Origin: an uncultured euryarchaeote
GTDB lineage: Archaea > Thermoplasmatota > Poseidoniia > Poseidoniales > Poseidoniaceae
Direction: 5' to 3'
Assembly (NCBI GenBank): GCA_937899865.1
Contig: CALBRH010000061.1
Location: 1-21,261, forward strand
DNA: 21,261 nt
The notes under the pieces are model-generated. The model had not been told where the DNA came from. It saw only the letters and a program-made list of their open reading frames with translations, and did not search any database. A program made the position numbers and the translations under genes. Positions 1 through 10,000 of this stretch are shown piece after piece (the stretch's first letter is position 1; every line of letters starts with the position of its first letter).

Positions 1-490
1 GTCGTCCAAAGTGATTCCTTGGTACTGCCTTGTGAGTTCTTGAAAAGTATTCAAACCCTGATAAAACAGATTTGAGATAACTACGTAGTTTTGGTTTTAC
101 CCAAAAGACGTACGGAATATATGATACTATTTTCGGGATTCCGGCAAGCAGGAAAGGCTTAACGGAAATAGTCAATTGCGATTCACTTTCAGATATGGAC
201 TTAATAGACCACTCAACAAAAGATTGGAGCCCACCCTGCTCGCCAATTAGTAGTGTGTATCCTCTGCCTTTTTCCCATGTTTGAAACCGACGAATATAGG
301 TTCGGCCATTAAGGTAGACAAGGCGATCTGTATGTACTTCATCACTCCACTCCAATACCTCATTAGTTTGGCAAAATGGATGGCAATCATTTAGATTTCC
401 AGGAGTACTAATCAAATCCCATAATTCGCTTGAAGAGATATCAAAACGCTTAGTCACGGTTACGGGAGAGTTGGTTTTGATGCTCTGCAT
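1..490 (-). CDS. SRPBCC/START-superfamily (polyketide cyclase-like) protein, 3' end truncated by the window edge
   Basis: Not in the ORF track. Hand translation from ATG at 490 gives 163 open codons to the edge: MQSIKTNSPVTVTKRFDISSSELWDLISTPGNLNDCHPFC...YLKSVLSGFEYFSRTHKAVPRNHFGR. The N-terminal 'LWDLISTPGNLNDCHPF' and the C-terminal amphipathic helix fit the SRPBCC pattern (recalled, not searched). Confidence 0.75.
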   Translation of the reverse strand, partial: MQSIKTNSPVTVTKRFDISSSELWDLISTPGNLNDCHPFCQTNEVLEWSDEVHTDRLVYLNGRTYIRRFQTWEKGRGYTLLIGEQGGLQSFVEWSIKSISESESQLTISVKPFLLAGIPKIVSYIPYVFWVKPKLRSYLKSVLSGFEYFSRTHKAVPRNHFGR

Positions 491-629
491 GTTTGTGTCC
501 TTATTGTCGAGGCAAATGAAATATTGTTATTTTCAACAAACATATTTTCACTTTCACTTTACAATCATAGAGATAATTGTGAAGGTCTAGTAAATATTCA
601 TGTACCTTTGACAAAAAGGAAAAAGTCTT

Positions 630-923
630 ATGAAATCTTGGGATGAGGTCAGAAAACAATTTCCAAATTGGGAATTGATAGGACGCTTATGGCAACATGT
701 TAGAGGTAGGTATTGTACAAGGTGTGGAAAAGATATCATGCGCAAAGCTGTAGGTTTGAGAATTGTTCGAGGATTTGAGTATGAAAAGATCTGTAGAAAG
801 TGCTATTGGAAAAAGCATACCTATGGTGATAATTGGACTTTAACTGATGATGATGGACAGGAAAAAATCACAGACGGCAAAGGGAATTATACGCTTATCA
901 ATTGGATTATTGAGAAGAAATGA
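630..923 (+). CDS. Small basic protein with two CxxC motifs (putative zinc finger)
   Basis: 97-aa ORF with CTRC (aa 29-32) and CRKC (aa 55-58); AGGA upstream of ATG; divergent from the SRPBCC gene. Confidence 0.6.
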   Translation: MKSWDEVRKQFPNWELIGRLWQHVRGRYCTRCGKDIMRKAVGLRIVRGFEYEKICRKCYWKKHTYGDNWTLTDDDGQEKITDGKGNYTLINWIIEKK

Positions 924-968
924 TGGTGAAAATTCATTTTCTTTTGCTGAATCAAATACACTATTTTA

Positions 969-985
969 TCTTGATTAAATCAAGA
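969..985. promoter_or_regulatory. 17-bp palindrome, possible operator or terminator hairpin
   Basis: TCTTGATT-A-AATCAAGA: perfect 8-bp inverted arms in the gap between the Zn-finger gene and the large surface-protein gene. Confidence 0.35.
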
Positions 986-1049
986 AAAATTTGAAACAAC
1001 AACCCAAAACCGTTTAACCGTCTTATTGCCAGCGAGCACTGTGAACAGT

Positions 1050-3974
1050 ATGAAGCGCGATGATGACAACGTTGGTGGCCGCATTATTTCATCTGCAATT
1101 GTACTACTTATTCTCACCTCTTTAGCACCTTTAATCAGTTCGGGTATTCCTACTCAGCAAGCCGTTTTGGGCGACTCTCAAGTGTTTTCATCAAGTTCAT
1201 CAAACGAGTCATATGATTTGTTTATTGATTCATCAACTTCTGAATCAGGGGGAGATGGTTCAATTTCAACTGCAGAACCAGATGGCTCATCAGAGGAACT
1301 TAGTGTCTTATCAACAGTCGAATTCTACACCAATGAAATGATTAGTGACATTCGATTTTATGGTGAAGGCGCTAACAATTACATTGAGTTGAGCATATAT
1401 CTGAAATTTACTGGTAATGATGGCGCTACTACTGATGTTACGTTTAGATTGTTATCTGGTAGTTCTACTGTTGAACAAGTAGTTCTTGAATTAGATGACC
1501 CTTGTACTGAAGGAGGTGGCTTTGGTGGCGTGGGAGGCGGTTCTTGCACTTATGCTGTTAACGTAATAAATTTCGAGATACAAGAGTCTGGCTTCTTGGT
1601 TGAAAACGGTAAAAAATTAGGGCTTGAAATAGATGCAACTATTGATGGCTGTCAAGGAAGTGGTGGATTCACAGGCGGTGGAGAAAACTGTGATGTTGAA
1701 GTGCAGTTTGGTGATATTGATTCAACCAACAGTTTTTCTAAACTAGAAGTTAAGGCTAATGCTTTGGCAAATTCAGCAGTTAAGGTTCACATGCCTGGCT
1801 CTGGATGGACAGATAACGAAGTCTTGGAGTGGTATCCAAACCATCGTCAAGAGTTTAGAGAAATGCAATTTACTCTACAAGTTAAAGACGCATTTGGTAG
1901 GGATGACATCGAGAGTGTTAATCTAATTATGAGTTCAAATGAAGGCGCAACAACAATTTTCAATGAGGAATTTGAAGATGATGATTTAATTCTAGATAAT
2001 AACGGACTAGTTGGTAATTTCACCTATGTTTTTGATCAAGGCATTGAGCCAGGAGAATATGATGTTACACTTGAGATAAAGGATATTCAAGGTCATACTG
2101 TATTGTTTGAACATCAAGGATTAGAATTTATGGAACACGGAATTTATCTGTCTTTGCCGTCCAATCAACCAGATACAGTTTTGATTGCTCCAGGTCAAAC
2201 ATCAAGCGTTGAATTCCTAGTAGAACACACTGGCTCAACATCTTCAGATTTAGAGGTTGTTTTTGATTTAGCTCGTTCATTACCATCTTCATGGTCAGAC
2301 CCAATATGGGATAAGCCACAGGGCTATTCATTACAGGGTGGCGGTACATCTGCAAGACCGATTCTGCAAATTGATGTACCTGAAGGAGATTTGTCAAATA
2401 CCCCAGAAAAACTTGAGGTAGAAGCCAGAGCATTTGCTGACATTGATGGAACAGTTACTGAAGTAGCAGTGGTAGACATTATCCTCAATATCGAAGAAGT
2501 AGGTGTTTATGCGCCACCTCGAGTTTCCATTTACGAAGATGAAGAGCATCAAATCCAAATTTCAGATTCAACAAGACCTGAATTTTATGATGAAACTCTT
2601 TCACATTATGTTGACTCAGACGAGATAGGCGATTTCTATATTGATATTTTCAATTCAGGTTTTGATACAGATTCATTTTTCATTAGAGTAAATGAAATGC
2701 CTATATCTTGGCAATACAAATTCTTTGATAATGATACAGGAATGGAATTGACCGAGGAAGGAATAAATTCAGTAACTCCAGATATTGGTTCACATGATAT
2801 TTTGTCAATTAGGATGGAGGTGTATCCCCCAACTGATAGAGAAGCACAAGATATTGGATTGGTTTCTTTGGATATAACTAGCTCAGGAGATTCTGAGTTG
2901 CAAACTGAAAGTAGTTTTACTGTTCATAGGACATTTGGAATACTTGCAGAAGTTATTTCCGATAGCGATGGTGGTGTTTTAGGAACGGTTGGTCCAGTTG
3001 ATCCGGGTTCGGATGTAAGTTATACAGTAAGGGTTTCAGATACCAGCGATATTGCTGGCGAGACTACTTGGAGAATAGTTAATCCAAAGGATTTAGCGCG
3101 AAACATTGATGCAGACATGGGTTATAGTTCATGGGATTATTCAATAACTGATAATCAAGAAAATGAGGTTATCGTCATAAACTTAGCAGCAGAAACCTAT
3201 GAAGACATAAATCTTGGAATCACATTACCAGAGAATGTAGAAGCGGGCAATCAAACCATATACCTTAGAGTTTCAGAGGAAGGCGTTGATTCAAATGAAG
3301 CTAGATACTTCGATTTGCCAATTATCGTTAAGGTTGAGGAAGATGTCCAACCAGGTCGACTACCAATTACTCAGAAGAGTGAATACACAAGATTTTCTTC
3401 TCAAGAAACAAGGAGTATTGAATTTAGAATTTCCAATGACAATAACGTGCCATTAGATGTAGTTATTGAGTTAGAAGAGCCTACTGGATGGGATGGTGAA
3501 ATTGCAGCATCATCTTCACAAGTTGGTGGTGGTTTCTTACTTGTAACATTACCAGCATACACGAGTAAAGATTTCTTTGTTGAACTTACGGCTCCAGATA
3601 ACCTAAAGGATGGTACAGATGTTGAATTTGTTTTACGAGTCACTCCTATGGATGATGAAGTTCCATACAATTCCACTTATACTCAATTGTCCAAGTTTAA
3701 TTTCAAGACTGAATGTACTGGAATTGGATGTTTAATGAATGAAATTTACGACCCTGAGCCTCAAACCTTAGCCCTCGGTGCTGGGTTAGTACTATTGTTT
3801 ATCCTTGCAGTATACCGTAGAGGTCGTTATGATTCAAGTGGAAGTTATGTTGAAGTTCCAGTTGAAGATCAGATGAAATTAGATGAAGAAGAAGTAGTTC
3901 AAATGGAAGTGCCAGAACCTGTAGTTGAAGAAGACGATGATATTGAATTGCTAGATGAATTAGACCAAATCTAA
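1050..3974 (+). CDS. Large acidic secreted protein with a C-terminal membrane anchor; multiple Ig-like/beta-sandwich domains (COG1470/NEW3-like); probable cell-surface protein
   Basis: Long ORF (track start TTG 1026; ATG 1050 preferred). Hydrophobic N-terminal signal (IISSAIVLLILTSLAPLI), repeated beta-strand-rich acidic modules, TM helix LALGAGLVLLFILAVY followed by RRGR and an acidic tail. Confidence 0.85.
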   Translation: MKRDDDNVGGRIISSAIVLLILTSLAPLISSGIPTQQAVLGDSQVFSSSSSNESYDLFIDSSTSESGGDGSISTAEPDGSSEELSVLSTVEFYTNEMISDIRFYGEGANNYIELSIYLKFTGNDGATTDVTFRLLSGSSTVEQVVLELDDPCTEGGGFGGVGGGSCTYAVNVINFEIQESGFLVENGKKLGLEIDATIDGCQGSGGFTGGGENCDVEVQFGDIDSTNSFSKLEVKANALANSAVKVHMPGSGWTDNEVLEWYPNHRQEFREMQFTLQVKDAFGRDDIESVNLIMSSNEGATTIFNEEFEDDDLILDNNGLVGNFTYVFDQGIEPGEYDVTLEIKDIQGHTVLFEHQGLEFMEHGIYLSLPSNQPDTVLIAPGQTSSVEFLVEHTGSTSSDLEVVFDLARSLPSSWSDPIWDKPQGYSLQGGGTSARPILQIDVPEGDLSNTPEKLEVEARAFADIDGTVTEVAVVDIILNIEEVGVYAPPRVSIYEDEEHQIQISDSTRPEFYDETLSHYVDSDEIGDFYIDIFNSGFDTDSFFIRVNEMPISWQYKFFDNDTGMELTEEGINSVTPDIGSHDILSIRMEVYPPTDREAQDIGLVSLDITSSGDSELQTESSFTVHRTFGILAEVISDSDGGVLGTVGPVDPGSDVSYTVRVSDTSDIAGETTWRIVNPKDLARNIDADMGYSSWDYSITDNQENEVIVINLAAETYEDINLGITLPENVEAGNQTIYLRVSEEGVDSNEARYFDLPIIVKVEEDVQPGRLPITQKSEYTRFSSQETRSIEFRISNDNNVPLDVVIELEEPTGWDGEIAASSSQVGGGFLLVTLPAYTSKDFFVELTAPDNLKDGTDVEFVLRVTPMDDEVPYNSTYTQLSKFNFKTECTGIGCLMNEIYDPEPQTLALGAGLVLLFILAVYRRGRYDSSGSYVEVPVEDQMKLDEEEVVQMEVPEPVVEEDDDIELLDELDQI

Positions 3975-4063
3975 AATAAATTTCAGTCTTAGTTCGATAC
4001 ATTGTATGAACATCGTACCATTTGCCTTATGAAGCATAAAAACAGGCGTAACATGTTGGTAGT

Positions 4064-7000
4064 ATGCGTAAGCGTTACATTGTCTCACAGCCGGCTGCGA
4101 ATTTGCAGATTGTTAAGCATAAAGATGCCATCAAATCATTGTCGCTTATTGCGCTTATGTTGCTATCTACAATAGCCTCAATCAACTTCTTTGCAATCGA
4201 TGCAAGTGCATCAAGCACCGATCAAGATGGTGATGGCCTTACTTATGGTTTAGAATACTTGATAAATTCATTTCCTAATGACCCTGATACAGATAATGAT
4301 GGATTGCCAGATGGTTGGGAATGGAAATATGGATTAGATCCTCTTTCAAGTGCTAATGATGATGGCGCAGTTGGAGATCCAGATGGCGATGGAATGTCAA
4401 ATCTTCAAGAATACAATTACTTGATGCCATCAGGTTGGGATAACCCAGCAACACCAAACTTGTTGGATAATGGTATTTGGTGGAATGGTACAGTACCAGT
4501 AAATAATTGGAATGAGGAAGATTCACTGCAATACTTACGACCTCTTTGTGGCGATGCAGGTTCAGACGGAAATGGTAACACTATTCTTTGTGATGAAGAC
4601 CCAGTTGGAAACATCTGTGCTAATGGTTTTGATGATGACCAAGATGGTTTGTTGGATTCAGCAGACCCAGATGGCGATGGTGATGCAGACTGTTCATCTG
4701 ATGATGATGATGGCGATGGCTTGATTGATGAGGATGTAAATGGTTGGGATACTGATGGTGATGGGATGCCAGACGGTTGGGAAGCAGCTAATGGTTTAAA
4801 TGCAACATCCCCTTCAAATTTTGATGGTCCAAATGGCGACCCTGATGGCGATGGCTTGAACAATTTGCTTGAATATATCAATCCAACATGGAATACAATG
4901 TGTGGCTCAATACCATGTTTTAGACCAGGTACAGAAGGTAATCCAACAGAGACAACATCTCCTTGTGACCCGGTAACTGGAGTTGGACCAGGTGGTTGTG
5001 CAACTTATACTGCTGAAGTAGATGGAATCACATCGACTAATCCTCAACGTGCAGATAGTGATAATGATGGTTTGAATGATTCTTATGAAGCACTTGTATT
5101 GTTAACAGACCCAACAGCATCTGATACCGATAATGATGGAATTCCTGATGGAGTTGAAGTAAATGGATTATATGGTAACCCTCCACAAGCAAGTGACCCA
5201 CGTAATAACAATACTGATGGCGATGCGCTAGATGATGGCGAAGAAGATAACAATAGTAATGGTGTTTTAGATCCCGGTGAAACCGACCCTACTCGAAAGG
5301 AAGATTCTGGGGATGAAGACCAAGATGGAATTCAAAATTGGGAAGAAAATCTATCATGTACACTTTGGAATGTAGCGGATTCTGATTTTGGTGGAGTGAA
5401 TGATGGTGATGAACTAAATGTAACTCATGGCACCGATCCATGTGACTCATTCATAAATTTCGAAACCACGATAAATAGCTGGGATTCAGGGAACTCCCTT
5501 TTATCAATTCAAGATGTATCAGGATTTAATCCGAATGGAGGTGAAGGCTGGTATAATTTGTCAGGTACATTAACTCCGTTTACTTATGAGCGAGTATCAG
5601 GTCAAGCATTGGTTGCTGTTTCTACAGGTCCTTCTCCAGGAGTTACTCAAGTAGTGAATAGAAATGGTTCATTCTGTCATACAGATGCAACAGCTGCAGG
5701 TACATTGACAACAACTCAACAGTATTGTGATGATGATTACGAAGACTCTGATGGAGATGGACTTGCAGATTGGGAAGAAATTCTTGGAGTATATGGATGG
5801 TTTTCAAATCCAAGCCAAGTTGATACTGATTCTGATGGCGTAAGTGATTTCGATGAAGTATTCGACTTTACAGATCCGAACGAACCGTGTAATAATCTTC
5901 TTGACGATGACAATGATAATCTTAACAATTATTTTGAGGATACCATAGGATGTGACTTGATTTGGATAGGTATAGGTAATGGTAGTACTGATGCATGGGT
6001 TACTAATCCAACAGTATTCGACACCGATAGTGGAGGTGTTGACGATCGAACAGAATATTTTGATGGAACTAATCCTGAGTCTAATCCATTAGATGACGTA
6101 CTTCCAGAAGATTTTGATGGCGATGGAATCCCAGATGCCATAGAGAATCTAACTGGAACCGATTGGACTAACCCTGATACAGACGGTGGTGGGATGTTAG
6201 ATGGAGACGAATGTCCAATTGCATTTTGGGGTACATTATGTACAAACTCACCTTATGACCCATTTGATCCTACAGATGATATTGTAGAAGATGGTGTTGT
6301 ATTTTGGGCTAACAATACTACTGGTGAAGTAGATATCAACCAAATTCACCGATGGAGATTGAATACTAACGATTTTTACACAGGTTCTACTTATGCAAAC
6401 CTACAAGATATTCATCCATTCTCACCTATATTGACAAATGTAGATAATTCAAGTCAATTACCCGATGATAGTTTTTCTAATTCAACTATTGATTGGGAAA
6501 TAACCTATAGAGAACTTATTGGCCTTGGCAATATACCGGTTTCTTCATATTATCGTAATCTTACATTCTGGTCCGATCCTGCTGCAACGTTACTTAGGTC
6601 AAACGATACGCACAACATCAAAGTTGATTTAGGTGAAATCAATAGATTAAATCTAAGGCAAGAAGAATATTTCTTTGATTGGGATTCACTTGCTGCTAAC
6701 ACAATTGTAAGTCAAGACTTTGATTACCAACTTGTAGTCCCTTCAGAATTTGATGATCAACAGTCTTCTGAATATTTTGTCACTCAAACAGTTAACTCAG
6801 TTACTCAAAATGCAACCTCACAAGATGCTTATACTGTAGCAAAATCGTTGAGCGATTTCTTACGTCTAGGCAATGAAACATTCGAGTTCAATTTATATCA
6901 TACTCCAGTATCAAATCCTACTGGACAAGATATAACATCTTACGTTCTTCAAAGTGGTTTTGGGCAGTGTAAAGACTACAATACTGCCTTTGTAACTATG

Positions 7001-10000
7001 GCTAGGATAGCTGGTCTACCTGCTAGATATGTTACAGGTTATGTTGGTGGCGAATGGAATGGTGCAGGTTACACAGTTTCAACACAAGATTATTCATCTT
7101 GGGGTGAAGTTAAACTTTCTTTTGATTCTGGATCGGGTGAAATTGACTTAGGATGGGTTCCGTTTGATTCTTGCCCTGCTTCTGAAAATTTGACAATTCT
7201 TAATCAAACAATTTCACCGTTTACAATCGATCGGGATTTATCGGATACCTTTAATTTCTCAGGACAATTTGTATTTGCAGATAATTCAACTCCAATTGCC
7301 AACTACGATTTATCAGCATATTTAGTACCTTTAGCTAATCCTCAAGCAGAGTTAGTTGAGGAAATGTTAGTCGGTGAAGTTCAAACAGATGGTAATGGTA
7401 ATTTTTCTTTTAATGACTCCCTCTCTATTTCTCTCAATCCCGGTGTGTATTCCTTATTAATCAGGCATGGAGCCTTCGAGTTAATATCCCAAAATGTCAT
7501 TTTATTCTCTAGTTGGTTGAACTTGACGGATGATTCGGTAATTACACACGAATTCCCACTTGTAATTGGAGCACCAGTTGTGGGTGCTGGTTCAACTACA
7601 ACGATACAAGGTCAAATCAGTTATGAGAACTCTCCAGAGGACTATTCATTTGAAAGTGGAGATGTTAATATTTATTTGACTTTCATATCCTCTTTTAATG
7701 GCACTAATAACCTATCAGGACTTGTAACCCCTTCCGGGGCATGGTCCGTTAATGTAGAGTTAGATGAAACAGAGACACTTGGAATAATAAATGCTGAGTT
7801 ATGGTTTGAAGGATGGGTAGAAGAATTTGATCCTCCAATTGCAATCTCAGAACACCATTTGCGTCCTTCCAACCTAAGCATCAGATTGGATGTTAGAGAA
7901 GCTCCAAATTTGACTGCAACAGTCGAAGGACCGCTATCAAACAAAAGTATCTTGGTGGTAGATCAAGACATTTGGGTAAATGGTTCTGCACAATCTCTAG
8001 GCCCTAGTCCAACAGACATGGAGGGTCAATTAGTACTCTCAATGCGTGAAAATGGTTCATTTAGTTCATGGAGTGAAATATTTAATATTACAGTAAACGG
8101 TACTTTTTCTATTCAGCAACAATTGACAGCACAATTAGCAAATTTTGGTGCTGGCGAGGTTGAAGTTAGATTAAGGTTCATACCAGTCTCAATTCAAGCA
8201 ACTGACGATGCAAATCTGTCTTCTAGTGCGCCATATAAGTTGAAAAGTTTCCTGCAGTTTGAATTTGAATCAACTTCACAATTACGAGGTTATGATGGTT
8301 CGTTTGGAGTGTCTGTTTTAGACCATCGTGGAGAACCCGTTAGATCAACGGTTGGAGATTTTGATTTCTTTTTCAATAATTCATGGTTCAACACTACGTC
8401 TAACATATCGGGACAATTTCAGAAAGTAATCAATTTGGATGCTAATTTAACTGCTGATGATTATGTTATTGGAGTAGTTTACAATGGGAGTGATGATTAT
8501 TCTCCGTCAACTGGGACTGGATTTTTGAGGGTCAAAGCAGAAATTGGATGGAACATCACAATCAGCCAAAATTGGACACATTTGGGCGATTCATTGTGGA
8601 TAAATGGCACAATATTCGATGGAGTCTATCAAACCCCAATTCTTGGAGATAATATTTCTCAGTACTCTTTGGTATTGGTTACTGAGGATGAAAGGATTGT
8701 TGATTTAGCACAAGGAATTGTAGATAATCAAACCTCAACTTTCTCTGAAAACATTACAATTCCAAACAACTTACCATCAAATGCTTACGATGTTGAAATA
8801 AGATTTGACTTTTACAGTCAGCAACCAGAAGGAGGCCCATACTATGCCTCAGAAGATCCAATAGTTGACGAATCAACCGGTTCAATATCTGCTCTCCCTA
8901 CCCCAGTAGTCTTGGTTGGAATAGAATCCGAATTTGTTGTAAGTTTAGCCGAAGAGCGAGAGAGAACCACACTTACTAACAATGATATCGAATTATCGGC
9001 TATTGTAGGTGATCTTGCTGATTTAAGTTTACTGCAAGGTGTCTCTGTTGACTTTTATTTCGATTATAATTCAACAAATGTTTCAATGGGTAGTTCAGTT
9101 AGCGATCCTAATGGATTTGCAAACCTTACTTGGACCGCAGCTGGAATCGCACCTGGATTATATGATATTCTAATTGTTGTCGCAGATGATTTGACAGATC
9201 CTTTAGCCAAGGGTAATTCTCGACGCACTGGAAATAGTACAGTCATTAATGTCACTATACAAGGTAATACTGATATAAGAATTGATTCAATACCAAGTAA
9301 CGTTATCGCTGGCGTCGATTTCAATGTTGTTGGACAAGTTATTGATGATGATGATAATTCTCGTGTATTAGTAGAATCAGTTAACTTAAGAGTTAATTGG
9401 TTGAATAATGAAAATGAGACATTAGTTAGTTCTTACACTACTACTACTAATGGTTCATTCAATATGTCTGTACCTACTGACACGCTTAACAATGGAACAG
9501 TTCGTGGAGCTAAAACTTTGGTAATTTCAGTTGTTGAGGATTCATCAAAATTATATCTGACATCATCAGTTGAGACACCAGTATTTGTATTAGGAGTAAC
9601 TCAATTTGAATCAATTCAACCATTGAATGCAATAGTTGTCAACCGCGGCGATAGTGTCAACATAACATCTAGGCTAGTTGAATCATCCAATTTGTTCCAA
9701 CCACTATCGTCATATGATGTGAACTACAAGTTTAGAGGTAGTTCAATTGGTACAGTACTAACCGATAACGAAGGATTTGCTAACATTACTCACACCATAC
9801 CATTTACGCAACCACTCGGTTTGACAAATGTAGAGATTACCTTTGCTGGAACTATTGATTTGGTAGGTAGCAACGCTAATTTCTCAACAATTAACGTCCG
9901 TTCTCTAACTTTCTTAGTAATTGATGACATTACAGCAAATCCTGTGGCTGGAGAATTATTCAATATTTCTGGACAGATTACTTCTGACAATGGAAGTGGA

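Noticed and set aside
4220-6280. DNA-level tandem repeat in the DxDxDG region
   Set aside because: The repeats are evident at protein level, but the codons are diverged and irregularly spaced; no recent DNA tandem duplication was seen.
2128-9990. Antisense and alternate-frame ORFs inside the two surface-protein genes (2128-2433, 3401-3676, 3799-4002, 4417-4881, 4512-4724, 5737-6141, 7672-7944, 9064-9324, 9790-9990)
   Set aside because: Shadow ORFs: they overlap long genes and are Ser/Pro-rich mirrors of Asp/Gly codon bias, with no domain features.
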